The translations under genes were made by a program, and so were the position numbers. A DNA stretch of 64,000 bases. Source: Christensenellaceae bacterium. Lineage in GTDB: Bacteria > Bacillota > Clostridia > Christensenellales > CAG-138. The notes beneath the pieces are model-generated. The model was given only the letters and a program-made list of their open reading frames with translations. It had not been told where the DNA came from and ran no database searches. The stretch is from assembly GCA_022510765.1 (NCBI GenBank), contig JAFLSU010000009.1, forward strand, positions 4,594 to 68,593, written 5' to 3'. Positions 19,779 to 30,154 of this stretch are shown one piece after another; within the stretch, counting starts at the first letter, position 1, and each line of letters starts with the position of its first letter.

Positions 19779-21132
19779 GACCATTTTCAACGCTTGGAAG
19801 ATAAAGGACATCCGCACCAAGATGCTCTATACGCTCATCCTCATCGTAGTGTATAGGCTCGGTTCTTTCATCCCCGTCCCCGGCGTGGACGCTGCCGCAC
19901 TCGGCAAGATGGTATCTCAGTATGACTTTTTGAGCTTCCTCGATCTGTTCTCCGGTGGCTCGCTCAGTCAGTTCTCGATATTCGCAATGGGTATCTCACC
20001 CTACATCACCGGCTCCATTATTATGCAGCTTCTCTCGATCGCGATCCCCGCACTCGAGAAGCTCTCCAAGGAGGATGATGGAAGGAAGAAGATCGAGAAG
20101 ATCACCCGCTATGTCGGCGTTGGTCTGGCTCTTATCCAGTCCGTCAGCATCGTTGTCGGTCTCAACAGCATGTCCGGCAACCTGCTTAAGAGCATCAGCT
20201 GGTTCGGCACCAGCGGCTTTGGCACCTTCATGAACGGCTTTATGCCTTACATTACCGTTGGCTTCACCTGTACCGCAGGTACCGCGTTCCTCATGTGGAT
20301 GGGCGAACGCATCACCGAAAAGGGTATTGGAAACGGCGTTTCGATGCTGATCTTCGCATCAATTGTATCGTCCGTTCCTCAGGTCGTTATCAACCTCATC
20401 AACGGTACCTTCCAGATCGCTCCCGTTGTTAACTCTTCGGGCACCGCTCTGGCGTTCAAGTGGTGGTATTCCATCGCCGTCATCGTCGTTGTGCTCATCC
20501 TCACCATGGGCGTAATCATGGTCGATAAGGCTGTTCGCCGCATTCCCGTTCAGTACGCGAAGCGCGTTGTCGGCAGGAAGCTCTACGGCGGCCAATCCAC
20601 CCATATCCCGCTCAAAGCGAACGCAAACGGTGTTATGCCGCTGATCTTCGCCATGACGATCCTTCAGGTTCCCGCAATGATCGGTCAGTTTTGGCCGAAC
20701 GGCGGATTCTACAAGTTCGTCTCCATCTACCTCAGCGCACGCACCAACAACGTAGCAGGTCTCGCAATTTACTATGTAATTTATGCACTCCTCATCGTTG
20801 GCTTTGCGTACTTCTATTCCTCCATCACCTTTAACCCGATCGAGATTTCTAAGAATCTCCAGCAGAACGGCGGATTCATCCCCGGTATCCGTCCGGGTCG
20901 TCCCACTTCGGAGTATCTCCAGAAGAAGTGCAGCAGATTAACCCTGTTCGGCGCTCTCTTCCTGATGGTTATCGCGATCGTTCCCACGGTACTGCTCAAG
21001 GTGTTGGATATCACAGTCCTCTCCGCCTTTGGCCCGACCAGCATCCTGATTATGATCAGCGTTTCGCTGGAGATCGCGGAGCAGCTGGATTCCCTGATGC
21101 TCATGAGGGCATACAAGGGCTTCCTCGGTTAA
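19771..21132 (+). CDS. secY: preprotein translocase subunit SecY
   Basis: [29 protein letters not shown]. Confidence 0.98.
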   Translation: MIKTIFNAWKIKDIRTKMLYTLILIVVYRLGSFIPVPGVDAAALGKMVSQYDFLSFLDLFSGGSLSQFSIFAMGISPYITGSIIMQLLSIAIPALEKLSKEDDGRKKIEKITRYVGVGLALIQSVSIVVGLNSMSGNLLKSISWFGTSGFGTFMNGFMPYITVGFTCTAGTAFLMWMGERITEKGIGNGVSMLIFASIVSSVPQVVINLINGTFQIAPVVNSSGTALAFKWWYSIAVIVVVLILTMGVIMVDKAVRRIPVQYAKRVVGRKLYGGQSTHIPLKANANGVMPLIFAMTILQVPAMIGQFWPNGGFYKFVSIYLSARTNNVAGLAIYYVIYALLIVGFAYFYSSITFNPIEISKNLQQNGGFIPGIRPGRPTSEYLQKKCSRLTLFGALFLMVIAIVPTVLLKVLDITVLSAFGPTSILIMISVSLEIAEQLDSLMLMRAYKGFLG

Positions 21133-21244
21133 TTGAGTTTCCATCGGCTTCCGGGTCATACATGCTGGCCCGGAAGTCGATATGTCTGAATGACATCAGT
21201 GTGTTGATTGGGAAGTCATTATCCCTGAATGGAGAAATATAAAT

Positions 21245-21880
21245 ATGAAGCTAATCCTTTTAGGACCGCCCGCTGCCGGAAAGGGCACGCAGGCGGAGGG
21301 TATAGCGGAAAGGTACTCGCTCGCACATATATCCACCGGAGATATGCTGCGGGCTGAAATTGCCTTAAAGACCCCGCTCGGATTGCAGGCAAAGGCGCTG
21401 ATAGACGACGGGAACCTTGTCCCGGACGACATCATCAATGCCATGGTCGCGTCGAGGATCACGCAGGAGGACTGCAAAATAGGTTTTCTGCTCGATGGTT
21501 ACCCTCGAACAATCGCGCAGGCGGAGGCTTTGGCCGGAGAAGTCGACATTGATGCCGTGCTCGATATCGATGTCGATGCCGACATTCTCATAAAACGAGT
21601 CGCCGCGCGGCGTGTCTGTACGCAATGCCATCATTCTCAGACGATACATGAGGGTGAAGCGGAGATATGCGCTAAATGCGGTGCGGCGCTCGAGCGTCGC
21701 ACGGATGACAATCCCGAAAGCATGCGTCACAGGCTTGATGTCTATTATCAGCGCACGCATCCGCTGATCAAGTTCTATCGTGACAGGCAACTGCTTGTGC
21801 CGATAGACGGTTCCAAGAGCATTGAAGAAGTATCCGCGCAGATTTTTGGCTATTTGGATACGAAGTTTGGAAGGGCATAG
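21245..21880 (+). CDS. adk: adenylate kinase
   Basis: GPPAAGKGTQA, LDGYPRT, zinc lid. Confidence 0.96.
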   Translation: MKLILLGPPAAGKGTQAEGIAERYSLAHISTGDMLRAEIALKTPLGLQAKALIDDGNLVPDDIINAMVASRITQEDCKIGFLLDGYPRTIAQAEALAGEVDIDAVLDIDVDADILIKRVAARRVCTQCHHSQTIHEGEAEICAKCGAALERRTDDNPESMRHRLDVYYQRTHPLIKFYRDRQLLVPIDGSKSIEEVSAQIFGYLDTKFGRA

Positions 21881-21882
21881 CA

Positions 21883-22656
21883 GTGTCGGACGGAAAGATT
21901 ACTATTAAGACAGAATTCCAGATGGAGCTGATGCGCGTTGCCGGCGAATTGGTAGGAAAGACCCTCAAAATGCTCGAGGGGATGGTCAAGGTCGGGGTAA
22001 CGACAAAGGAACTTGACGAGGCGGCGGAGGAATTCATCCGAAGTCACGGCGGTGTCCCATCGTTTCTTAACTACGACGGCTTCCCCGCCAGCATCTGCAC
22101 CTCCGTCAACGAACAGGTGGTGCATGGCATCCCAAGCAAAAAGGTTCGCCTTAAGGATGGCGATATAATCAGCATCGACTGCGGCGCGATAGTTGACGGG
22201 TTCCATGGTGACGCCGCCCGCACCTTCCTTGTGGGCAATGTCGCTCCCGAGGTTCGAGAGCTTGTAGAAGTTACGAAGGAGTGCTTCTTTAAGGGCTTTG
22301 AGCAGGCACAGCCGGGCAACCATATCAGGGACATCGCGCGGGCAGTCCAGACCCATGCAGAGTCGCATGGTTACGGTGTGGTGCGCGAGCTTGTCGGGCA
22401 TGGCATAGGAACAAACATGCATGAAGCACCAGAGGTTCCGAACTTCGTTGACGTCCGCATGGGACGCGGCGCAAAGTTGATTCCCGGGATGGCCATTGCG
22501 GTCGAGCCCATGATAAACCTCGGTTCAAGGCGCGTACAGGTACTTTCTGATGGGTGGACTTGCGTGGCTTTTGACGGAAAACCGAGTGCGCATTATGAAA
22601 ACACAATATTTATAACAAAAAATGGCCCTGAGATATTGACAAACCCAATTGAGTAG
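21883..22656 (+). CDS. map: type I methionyl aminopeptidase
   Basis: VVHGIP, GHGIG, SAHYENT. Confidence 0.97.
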   Translation: MSDGKITIKTEFQMELMRVAGELVGKTLKMLEGMVKVGVTTKELDEAAEEFIRSHGGVPSFLNYDGFPASICTSVNEQVVHGIPSKKVRLKDGDIISIDCGAIVDGFHGDAARTFLVGNVAPEVRELVEVTKECFFKGFEQAQPGNHIRDIARAVQTHAESHGYGVVRELVGHGIGTNMHEAPEVPNFVDVRMGRGAKLIPGMAIAVEPMINLGSRRVQVLSDGWTCVAFDGKPSAHYENTIFITKNGPEILTNPIE

Positions 22657-22664
22657 GTTATAAT
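22636..22664 (+). promoter_or_regulatory. consensus sigmaA promoter overlapping the map 3' end
   Basis: TTGACA-N17-TATAAT. Confidence 0.8.
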
Positions 22665-22703
22665 CATAAGGTTGCGACTTATGGATTGGAAAAGGGTGAA
22701 ATA

Positions 22704-23030
22704 ATGCGGAAAAAACCCGAAAATTTCTGTAAAATCGCCATTATGGGCAGCGAGAATGCCTTGGGGCGCATAGTGCGCTCGACCGCGGGCAGGGACTGTG
22801 GTAAACTGCTTCTTGTGGTGGGAGTAGAGGATGAAAACCATCTTCTTCTCGCCGACGGGAAGCTCAGGACTATCGAAAAGCCCAAAAAGAAAAAGCTGCG
22901 CCATGTTAAGGTTCTGCCGGGCGGCTCGCAGCAGCTGCAAGAAGAGTTGCTTGGCGGAAAAACCGTTCTGAATGCGGAGCTGCGAAAAATCATCGCCGAA
23001 TATGATGGAACGTGCTGCGAAAACGTGTGA
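22704..23030 (+). CDS. KOW-domain (L14e-like) RNA-binding protein
   Basis: VRSTAGRD...LADGKLRTIEKPKKKKLRH; typical position between map and infA. Confidence 0.85.
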   Translation: MRKKPENFCKIAIMGSENALGRIVRSTAGRDCGKLLLVVGVEDENHLLLADGKLRTIEKPKKKKLRHVKVLPGGSQQLQEELLGGKTVLNAELRKIIAEYDGTCCENV

Positions 23031-23105
23031 CGTGATAAAGTGTATCACGAAAACGTGTACAGCGGACGATCGTGCGGCGAAAGGAATTGAGCAAGGAGGA
23101 TTTGC

Positions 23106-23327
23106 GTGTCTAAACAGGATGTGATCGAAGTTGAAGGAATCGTTACCGATTCGTATCCCAATGCGATGTTCGAGGTAACGCTCCAAAATGGACATAAAAT
23201 ACTGGCTACCATATCGGGTAAGCTGCGTATGAATTTCATCCGAATCCTTACGGGTGACAGGGTGACGGTAGAACTTTCGCCCTATGACCTGACGAGGGGC
23301 CGCATAACATGGCGTGCTAAGAGCTGA
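23106..23327 (+). CDS. infA: translation initiation factor IF-1
   Basis: [23 protein letters not shown]. Confidence 0.98.
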   Translation: MSKQDVIEVEGIVTDSYPNAMFEVTLQNGHKILATISGKLRMNFIRILTGDRVTVELSPYDLTRGRITWRAKS

Positions 23328-23380
23328 TTTGTTCCGCCGAACAGCTGTTAACTACCAAATAATCATAGGAGGAAGCAACA

Positions 23381-23494
23381 ATGAAAGTCAGGCCTTCGGT
23401 TAAGCCGATGTGCGAGAAGTGCAAGATAATCAAGCGCAAGGGGCGTGTCATGGTTATCTGTGAAAATCCTCGCCATAAGCAGAAGCAGGGCTAA
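23381..23494 (+). CDS. rpmJ: 50S ribosomal protein L36 (not in ORF track)
   Basis: [37 protein letters not shown] read from DNA. Confidence 0.98.
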   Translation: MKVRPSVKPMCEKCKIIKRKGRVMVICENPRHKQKQG

Positions 23495-23870
23495 GTCTCC
23501 TGCTGAGCCTGCAAAGGACCGCAGACAACAATTTGAGTCTGCGGACAACCCAGCCGATCTTGAGGAAGGAGTTAACCTTCTGAGTGTCGGAAAAATCTCG
23601 GCGCAGCTTGATAATGTGGACTTGACCCAGCCACAGAAATTGAGAAAAAACGCCGAAAAGATGCCGCATAGGGAACTAACCCATCCCGAAGCGCGATGGC
23701 AAGGGATAACCCCGAGCCGAAACTATGGTGGGGCGAAAGCCCGTACCCGCATGGTGCCTGCCTTATATTCAGCTCTAAGGCGGACCGTCACTAATAAACT
23801 CAAGCCGGTGCGGCTGCCCGATCTCAATTGCTGCCATGTTGCGATGGCAATAGTTGAGATTGGGAACCGG
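23495..23870 (+). ncRNA. large structured intergenic RNA candidate between rpmJ and rpsM
   Basis: At least 7 stems paired by eye, incl. a GAAA tetraloop hairpin and a ~20-bp hairpin. Confidence 0.45.
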
Positions 23871-23922
23871 CAATATATTCACTAAATTAAAAAACCCAAA
23901 ACTATGGAGGTAATCATTCTTT

Positions 23923-24291
23923 ATGGCGCGTATTAGCGGCGTAGACCTGCCCAGGGACAAAAGAGTTGAAATCGGCCTTACCTACATCTACGGTATCGGC
24001 CGCAAAACCGCTCAGAACATCCTCGAAGCAACCGGCGTAAACCCCGACATCAGGGTTCGCGACCTGTCAGAAACGGATGTTAATAAGTTGAGAGAGTATA
24101 TTGACCACAATTGCAAGGTAGAAGGTGACCTCAGGCGTGAAGTCTCCATGAACATCAAGAGGCTCATCGAAGTCGGCTGCTACCGTGGCGTTCGCCACCG
24201 TAAGGGACTGCCCGTTCGCGGACAGAGCACCAAGCAGAACGCACGTACCCGCAAGGGACCCAAGCGTTCCGCAGGTAAAGCAAAGAAGTAA
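23923..24291 (+). CDS. rpsM: 30S ribosomal protein S13
   Basis: [16 protein letters not shown]. Confidence 0.98.
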   Translation: MARISGVDLPRDKRVEIGLTYIYGIGRKTAQNILEATGVNPDIRVRDLSETDVNKLREYIDHNCKVEGDLRREVSMNIKRLIEVGCYRGVRHRKGLPVRGQSTKQNARTRKGPKRSAGKAKK

Positions 24292-24306
24292 GGAGGAATC
24301 TGAGCA

Positions 24307-24714
24307 ATGGCAAAGTCGACAAAGACCACAAAAAGGCTTGCAACTCGTAAGCGTCGTGAACGTAAGAACATTGAACGTGGCCAGGTTCACATTCGTTCTT
24401 CCTTCAACAACACCCTCGTTACCGTTACCGATATGAACGGCAACGCGATCTCTTGGGCATCCGCAGGCGGCCTTGGCTACCGTGGCTCCCGTAAGAGCAC
24501 TCCCTTCGCGGCACAGATGGCGGCGGAAGCTGCGGCAAAGGCATCCATGGAACACGGAATGCGTTTTGTCGAAGTTTATGTCAAGGGACCCGGCGCGGGT
24601 CGTGAATCCGCAATCCGTGCGCTCCAAGCTGCCGGCCTCGAAGTTAACATGATTAAGGACGTAACTCCCATCCCCCACAATGGCTGCCGTCCTCCCAAGC
24701 GTAGAAGAGTATAA
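24307..24714 (+). CDS. rpsK: 30S ribosomal protein S11
   Basis: [25 protein letters not shown]. Confidence 0.98.
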   Translation: MAKSTKTTKRLATRKRRERKNIERGQVHIRSSFNNTLVTVTDMNGNAISWASAGGLGYRGSRKSTPFAAQMAAEAAAKASMEHGMRFVEVYVKGPGAGRESAIRALQAAGLEVNMIKDVTPIPHNGCRPPKRRRV

Positions 24715-24728
24715 GGAGGCAAACGATT

Positions 24729-25364
24729 ATGGCAAGATATACAGATTCCGTTTGCAGACAGTGCCGCAGGGAAGGCACAAGGCTATTTCTTAAGGGCGAC
24801 CGCTGCTACAATGAAGCAAAGTGTGCGGTCATGAAGCGCCACACCCCTCCGGGACAGCATGGTCAGGCGCGCGCCCGTAAGGCATCCGAATACGGCACCC
24901 AGCTTCGTGAGAAGCAGAAGTGCCGCAGGGCATATGGCGTTTTGGAATCACAGTTCCACAAGTACTATGAAATGGCCTCCAATATGCGCGATGGTATGAC
25001 CGGCGAAAACATGCTCTGCCTCCTCGAGCGCAGGCTTGACAACGTTGCCTATCGTCTCTGCTTCGGCGCAAGCCGTGCGCAGGCTCGCCAGTGGATCACC
25101 CACGGGCATATCCTCGTCGACGGTAAGAAGGTCGATATTCCCTCCTACCTTGTAAAGCCCGGTCAGAAGATCAGTGTCCGCACCAAGAGCTTCGACATCG
25201 ACTATTTCAAGGGTCTGAGGGAGCAGGGCGCTGATAAGCCGATTCCCAAGTGGCTCGAGCTTGACTCAGCAAACCTCAGCGGTACCGTGGCAGCAATGCC
25301 TCAGCGCGATGATATCGATCTCACCATTGAGGAACATCTCATTGTTGAGTTCTATTCAAGGTAA
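24729..25364 (+). CDS. rpsD: 30S ribosomal protein S4
   Basis: [23 protein letters not shown]. Confidence 0.98.
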   Translation: MARYTDSVCRQCRREGTRLFLKGDRCYNEAKCAVMKRHTPPGQHGQARARKASEYGTQLREKQKCRRAYGVLESQFHKYYEMASNMRDGMTGENMLCLLERRLDNVAYRLCFGASRAQARQWITHGHILVDGKKVDIPSYLVKPGQKISVRTKSFDIDYFKGLREQGADKPIPKWLELDSANLSGTVAAMPQRDDIDLTIEEHLIVEFYSR

Positions 25365-25418
25365 TCATCACGGCTACCCTGATCTACCAGTTATATTTTA
25401 TCCAGAGAGGGGAGAGAT

Positions 25419-26363
25419 TTGATGTTAGAAATTGAAAGACCGAAAATCGAGTGCAGAGAGCTGAAAGATAATTACGGTGTGTTCGTGGTTGAACCGCTTG
25501 AACGCGGTTTCGGAACGACGCTCGGAAATTGTCTGCGCCGTGTACTCCTGAGCTCCCTGCCCGGTGCGGCAGCGTCATCGGTAAAGATCGACGGCGTACT
25601 TCATGAGTTTTCCACGATCGAAGGCGTTAAGGAAGATGTTACCGAAATCATACTGAACCTCAAAGAGCTGCGTGTCAAAATGCACGGCGATGAGCCCATC
25701 CATGTACTCATCGACGCGAACGGCGAGTGTGAAGTCACTGCTGCCGATATAATTCATGATGCTGATATCGAGATCGCCAATCCCGGTCTGCACATCGCAA
25801 CTCTTGCTGAGGGCGCAAGGCTTAATATGGACATCGTTCTTGAAAAGGGCCGCGGTTACGTTTCGGCCGACAAGAACAAGAAGCCCAACATGCCCATTGG
25901 GGTAATCGCGGTCGATTCCATCTTCACGCCCATTACCAAGGTCAACTTCCGCGTCGAGGACACGCGCGTCGGACAGGTAACCGACTACGATAAGCTCACG
26001 CTCGAAGTTTGGACGGGTGGAACGATTCGTCCCGAAGAGGCGGTCAGCCTTGCCGCAAGGATCATGTATGATCACTTGTCACTGTTTACTAACCTGACGG
26101 ATGGTACCCAGGTGATTGAAGTTGTCAGCAACGCTGAGCCGGACAACAGCGATAAGTCATTTGATATGGCTATCGAAGAGCTTGATTTGTCCGTGCGTTC
26201 CTACAACTGCCTCAAGAGAGCGGGTATCAACACCGTTGCGGAGCTTATCGAACGTGACGAGGAAGAAATGATGAAAGTGCGTAACCTCGGCAGAAAGTCT
26301 CTCGAGGAGGTGCAGCTTAAATTGACTGCACTGGGTCTCTCCCTGCGCGAAAGCGAAGAATAA
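25419..26363 (+). CDS. rpoA: RNA polymerase subunit alpha
   Basis: [27 protein letters not shown]. Confidence 0.99.
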   Translation: MMLEIERPKIECRELKDNYGVFVVEPLERGFGTTLGNCLRRVLLSSLPGAAASSVKIDGVLHEFSTIEGVKEDVTEIILNLKELRVKMHGDEPIHVLIDANGECEVTAADIIHDADIEIANPGLHIATLAEGARLNMDIVLEKGRGYVSADKNKKPNMPIGVIAVDSIFTPITKVNFRVEDTRVGQVTDYDKLTLEVWTGGTIRPEEAVSLAARIMYDHLSLFTNLTDGTQVIEVVSNAEPDNSDKSFDMAIEELDLSVRSYNCLKRAGINTVAELIERDEEEMMKVRNLGRKSLEEVQLKLTALGLSLRESEE

Positions 26364-26407
26364 CTCGCAGGCTGATAGTATCAGCGATTTATATAGGAGG
26401 AATAATT

Positions 26408-26899
26408 ATGCCTAACCGTAAGCTTAATAAAGCTACAGATCAGCGTGACGCAATGCTCCGCAATATGGTTACAGCATTCCTTTGGAACGGCAAGCTCGTT
26501 ACCACCGAGACCCGCGCGAAGGAAGTTCGGCCGATCGCGGAAAAGCTTATCACACTGGCCGTGTCTGAATATAAAAACACAGAAACCGTGACCAAGACCA
26601 CCTACAATGACAAGCAGCAGGCTGTTGAGGTTGAAAAGGTTATCGACAAGCCCTCGAAGCTCCATGCCCGCAGGCAGATGATGGCTTATCTTTACGATCT
26701 TCCCCTCCCCCGTGAAGAGAAGGAAGGCGCAAAGGCCTATCGCGCCCGTGTCAGGGAGACCCCACATCCCGTCATCGAGAAGCTCTTCCGTGAGCTTGCT
26801 CCCAAGTATGACGGCACAGCAGGCGGCTATGTCCGCATCTATAAGCTTGGGCCCCGTCGCGGCGATGGCGCTGAAGTTTGCATGCTTGAGCTCAAATAA
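26408..26899 (+). CDS. rplQ: 50S ribosomal protein L17, long form with internal insertions
   Basis: [24 protein letters not shown]. Confidence 0.96.
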   Translation: MPNRKLNKATDQRDAMLRNMVTAFLWNGKLVTTETRAKEVRPIAEKLITLAVSEYKNTETVTKTTYNDKQQAVEVEKVIDKPSKLHARRQMMAYLYDLPLPREEKEGAKAYRARVRETPHPVIEKLFRELAPKYDGTAGGYVRIYKLGPRRGDGAEVCMLELK

Positions 26900-26964
26900 G
26901 GGGACGTTCGCAGCAATGAATCATTGCCGCAAGAACCATTGATAGGGTTCATTGTATTTGATAT

Positions 26965-26997
26965 AAACGGGTCGGTGCCATGCATCGACTCGTTTTT
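26965..26997 (+). terminator. terminator of the ribosomal protein cluster
   Basis: AAACGGGTCGGTGC...GCATCGACTCGTTTTT. Confidence 0.8.
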
Positions 26998-27167
26998 ATA
27001 GCTCAATGTTAATGGTTGGGGTTGAGCATGTAGAAGGAATTACGAATTTTGTCCATGCGGGGCGAGATTTGACAAAGCAATTTTAAATACTGTATAATTG
27101 CTTCACATAAGGTACATGCGCTGAAGTTTGGCCATGTGCTACGAGTTTTCGAAAGGACAAAATACAC

Positions 27168-27917
27168 ATGCGTTCTTCAAGATTCCGTGTAAGTAAGCCG
27201 ATTGCTGTGTTCGTTATGATAATTGCACTGATCGTACTCGTCTGCGGGGCTGCATCGCTTATCAAGAATGCTAAAGAGTATAAGGAATACAACTCCTCCG
27301 AGGTGCAGAATTTTAAAATGCTTTCGGATTACGGAATAAGCCAAAAGCCATATGTTGAAGGGCAGATAAGCTTTGTAATCGACGCATATTCGGATGATCA
27401 AGCCTCTAACCTCGGCATTAGATTGTTTAGCGGGAGCAAGGTGTTTTACTGGCTCATTCCGCTCTTTGACGACCATGGTATGATAGAGAGCTTTATCACT
27501 TTGGAGGCTCCCGCGAAGTATTGGGACACGCTTGCGCAGATCTGCCAAGAGACATGGTCGGTCGACGCGCCGTCAAAACCGACAACGCTGTATATTACCG
27601 ATGCAAAAATTGACGATCTGCACCCGGTTACCCGTGGCATGCTTGAGTATTGGTGTGAGCAAACCGAATTTTATGAAAACGGAGACTTTATCGATTGGTG
27701 CATAGAATCCGATCTGTTTGGTACGAGCGAACGGGATGTTATTCTATCAAAGCTGCTGCCTTACATGATCGTTATGGAAGCTAAGCCGTCGCTCACGGGC
27801 AGCGCAATCGCCACATTGGTCGGAATCATGTTGTGCGTTGCCGGAATAATCCTTCTGCATACCGCCAAGGTGCAGGAAAAAGCGGCTATGGAGCAGCTCA
27901 TGCAGGAGTGGGGCTGA
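27168..27917 (+). CDS. hypothetical membrane protein (N- and C-terminal TM helices)
   Basis: 249-aa ORF; upstream TTGACA-N18-TATAAT at ~27069. Confidence 0.75.
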   Translation: MRSSRFRVSKPIAVFVMIIALIVLVCGAASLIKNAKEYKEYNSSEVQNFKMLSDYGISQKPYVEGQISFVIDAYSDDQASNLGIRLFSGSKVFYWLIPLFDDHGMIESFITLEAPAKYWDTLAQICQETWSVDAPSKPTTLYITDAKIDDLHPVTRGMLEYWCEQTEFYENGDFIDWCIESDLFGTSERDVILSKLLPYMIVMEAKPSLTGSAIATLVGIMLCVAGIILLHTAKVQEKAAMEQLMQEWG

Positions 27918-28373
27918 TGCGGCGGAGCTTGAGCTATTTGGCAGCTTAATAACATTTACTTTTTTAGCATCCATGCGACATTGGTGCAGGTAATACTAAC
28001 ATACGTCTAAATCATTTATTGCACGTGACGATACTGTGCAATTTGGTTGCACATGCCGTTCAAGGTTTTAGCGGTATGTTAGTATTAAAAACATCACGCA
28101 ATCCGATATTTTGATCAAACGGAGTGGCGCACAAACAAGCAAGAACAGCTGTGACCTCGAAATTAAGAATATGCCTTTTCGCATTTATGATGTTAAAAAC
28201 TCCGATGAGATGATGGCATATATGCAGGAGAATATACCAATGTAATCAGCTTAATGCAATAGTTAATATCGAACTAATAAATAGTATTTTTATAGCTTTT
28301 CAAATGCAACAAGAACACTCGCCATGCAGGTAGTAATCAACTTCGATACGAAATGCACACCCAACCACTTTTG

Positions 28374-29168
28374 TTAAGAAGTACACCCCATATCAAAGGA
28401 AGAGGTTTTCAATTCATTTTCAAGTACGGTTGCATACTGTTGTATGACATTTCCTAATGCCTCCGACAGATCCTGCAATTCAGCACTTTCCATATATTTC
28501 TGAGGATTTTTTCTGAGCTCTAATGTAGTTTCAAGCGCAGCAATGTTATGAAACAAGCGATTTTGTAATGCCCACTCTCCGGCAGCTGTTTTGGAAATGA
28601 TATTGCCTGTGCGAAGTGTGTAAATGCAGCGGCAAATATCTAAAATCCAACCAAAAGAATAGATACTGCGCTCGGGTTTGGTTGCAAATTTTCGAATCGT
28701 ATCGTAATGAAATTGTATGCTTTTTCTTATCTCATCAAAAGAAGGCGGAGTCAGTTGTTCCCGCACATCCTTTCCATATATGAGACGACCGTGGTCAAGC
28801 AGTTCTTTCATGCAGCATGAATCAAAATGAAAGCTGTTCGTGACCCTTTGTCCGCTCGTTCCCCAATATACAACTCTGTCGGGAAGATGGTGTTCAAACG
28901 CATTCAGCGTCAACATACCACCTTCAAAGTAACGATAAAACGGATTGTCAGGTTCGGAGACAGTCAACTTCTGTCGTAAACAAACGAGCTCGTCAGCCTG
29001 CTGTTCTGAAATGGGCTTTCCGGTCAAAACGAGAATATCTATATCGCTCCACCCGAATTGAAAATCATCTAACACATACGAGCCATAAATGTAAACAGAG
29101 GGATTGTTGAGTGAAAGAATATCGGCGATTCGTCCGGTCATTTTATTGATAACAGCAGTTAATTCCAT
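28374..29168 (-). CDS. nucleotidyltransferase with aminoglycoside-adenylyltransferase-like (DUF4111-type) C-terminal domain
   Basis: YIYGSYVLDDF...SDIDIL signature; LDICRCIYTLRTG...SKTAAGEWA. Confidence 0.8.
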   Translation of the reverse strand: MELTAVINKMTGRIADILSLNNPSVYIYGSYVLDDFQFGWSDIDILVLTGKPISEQQADELVCLRQKLTVSEPDNPFYRYFEGGMLTLNAFEHHLPDRVVYWGTSGQRVTNSFHFDSCCMKELLDHGRLIYGKDVREQLTPPSFDEIRKSIQFHYDTIRKFATKPERSIYSFGWILDICRCIYTLRTGNIISKTAAGEWALQNRLFHNIAALETTLELRKNPQKYMESAELQDLSEALGNVIQQYATVLENELKTSSFDMGCTS

Positions 29169-29372
29169 TTGGTTTTCCCCGTCAATACATTATTAAATGA
29201 AAAACGGACACCAACATTGATAAGGGTTTGTATAAAGATTGGTGTCCGATTATTGCTGCAAGCGCAATTTTTGATACAATTTGCGCTCGGTTGCGTTAGG
29301 GTTGCATCGGCTGTTTTGGGTTGCATGGGGTTGCAACCGCTGAAAAATGCAACCATACCGGCAAATTGGAAT

Positions 29373-29846
29373 TTAAGAATTCTCCCAAACTACACCATTG
29401 TCAAAGTCATCCGGGCAACTGACATACAAGTCAATGTCTATTTCGGTTCCTGTATCACAGCAGAATTGCATAACCTGAATAGACGGTGCTAAACATGGGG
29501 CTAATTCATCAAATCTAACCGTAGGTACCACTTCTAAGGTAAATACAACATCAAATTTTTCTTTGATTTCTCTTAAAATATTTACTTTTGAAAGCAGCGG
29601 AGTAATAGTTTTAAGCATTTGATTTACAACAAGAACATCATATTCTTTGCAAGTTCCAAAATGCCAGCAGGCGAAATCGTATTTCGATTTTCCATCCTTT
29701 CCTGTATCACCAATTTTCCAAGATTTATCCGGCGTAAGCCCTAACAATTCAGATATTGTATCCGGATCAAAATCACCACTTATGCGAAAATATGTATAGC
29801 AACTCGTATGCTCACAGTGACTATATATCATTTCAAGATTGTTCAT
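29373..29846 (-). CDS. DUF4279-like hypothetical protein
   Basis: YTYFRISGDFDPDTISELLGLTP...EIDIDLY pattern; GGAG RBS. Confidence 0.75.
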   Translation of the reverse strand: MNNLEMIYSHCEHTSCYTYFRISGDFDPDTISELLGLTPDKSWKIGDTGKDGKSKYDFACWHFGTCKEYDVLVVNQMLKTITPLLSKVNILREIKEKFDVVFTLEVVPTVRFDELAPCLAPSIQVMQFCCDTGTEIDIDLYVSCPDDFDNGVVWENS

Positions 29847-30000
29847 GATTGCTCCTTTAACTTCCGTTTTATCAAGCCGATTATAACACATAAATGTAAA
29901 CTTTTCTACCCAAACAAAAAGGCGGGGTTTATTCAACCTCAACCTCGGTCTCCGTTCCACTCTTAAATCGGAGGGTGATTCCGTTGTCCGGAAGATATTC

Positions 30001-30150
30001 AATGAAATTGCGCTGCGCACAATGAAATCTTCAGCCTCCGGCTTCAGATGAAATTAAATCCGTCCTTTACTCCCGATGAAGTCGGATTTCATCACGAAGC
30101 GATTTCATCCACCGAAGGTGGGTTTATTTCGGACGAAGGGCGGATTTAGT
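30001..30150. repeat. REP-like palindromic element with repeated GATGAAAT/GATTTCATC units
   Basis: 13-bp outer stem 30055-67/30136-48 enclosing two short hairpins and a GATTTCATC direct repeat. Confidence 0.6.
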
Positions 30151-30154
30151 TGCA

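Noticed and set aside
23495-23800. RNase P, tmRNA or canonical group I intron identity
   Set aside because: No GAGGAAAGUCC/P4 pairing, no tRNA-like domain or tag ending in ALAA, no P3 or U-G 5' splice site; resemblances are short and from memory
23445-23885. 146-aa ORF spanning the rpmJ-rpsM gap
   Set aside because: Overlaps rpmJ, lacks a properly spaced RBS and has no recognisable motif; kept only as an alternative in the RNA finding
27013-27030. attR-like copy of the tRNA-Val 3' end
   Set aside because: Only a loose match (TGGTTGGGGTTGA versus TGGTGGGGATGA) with an indel
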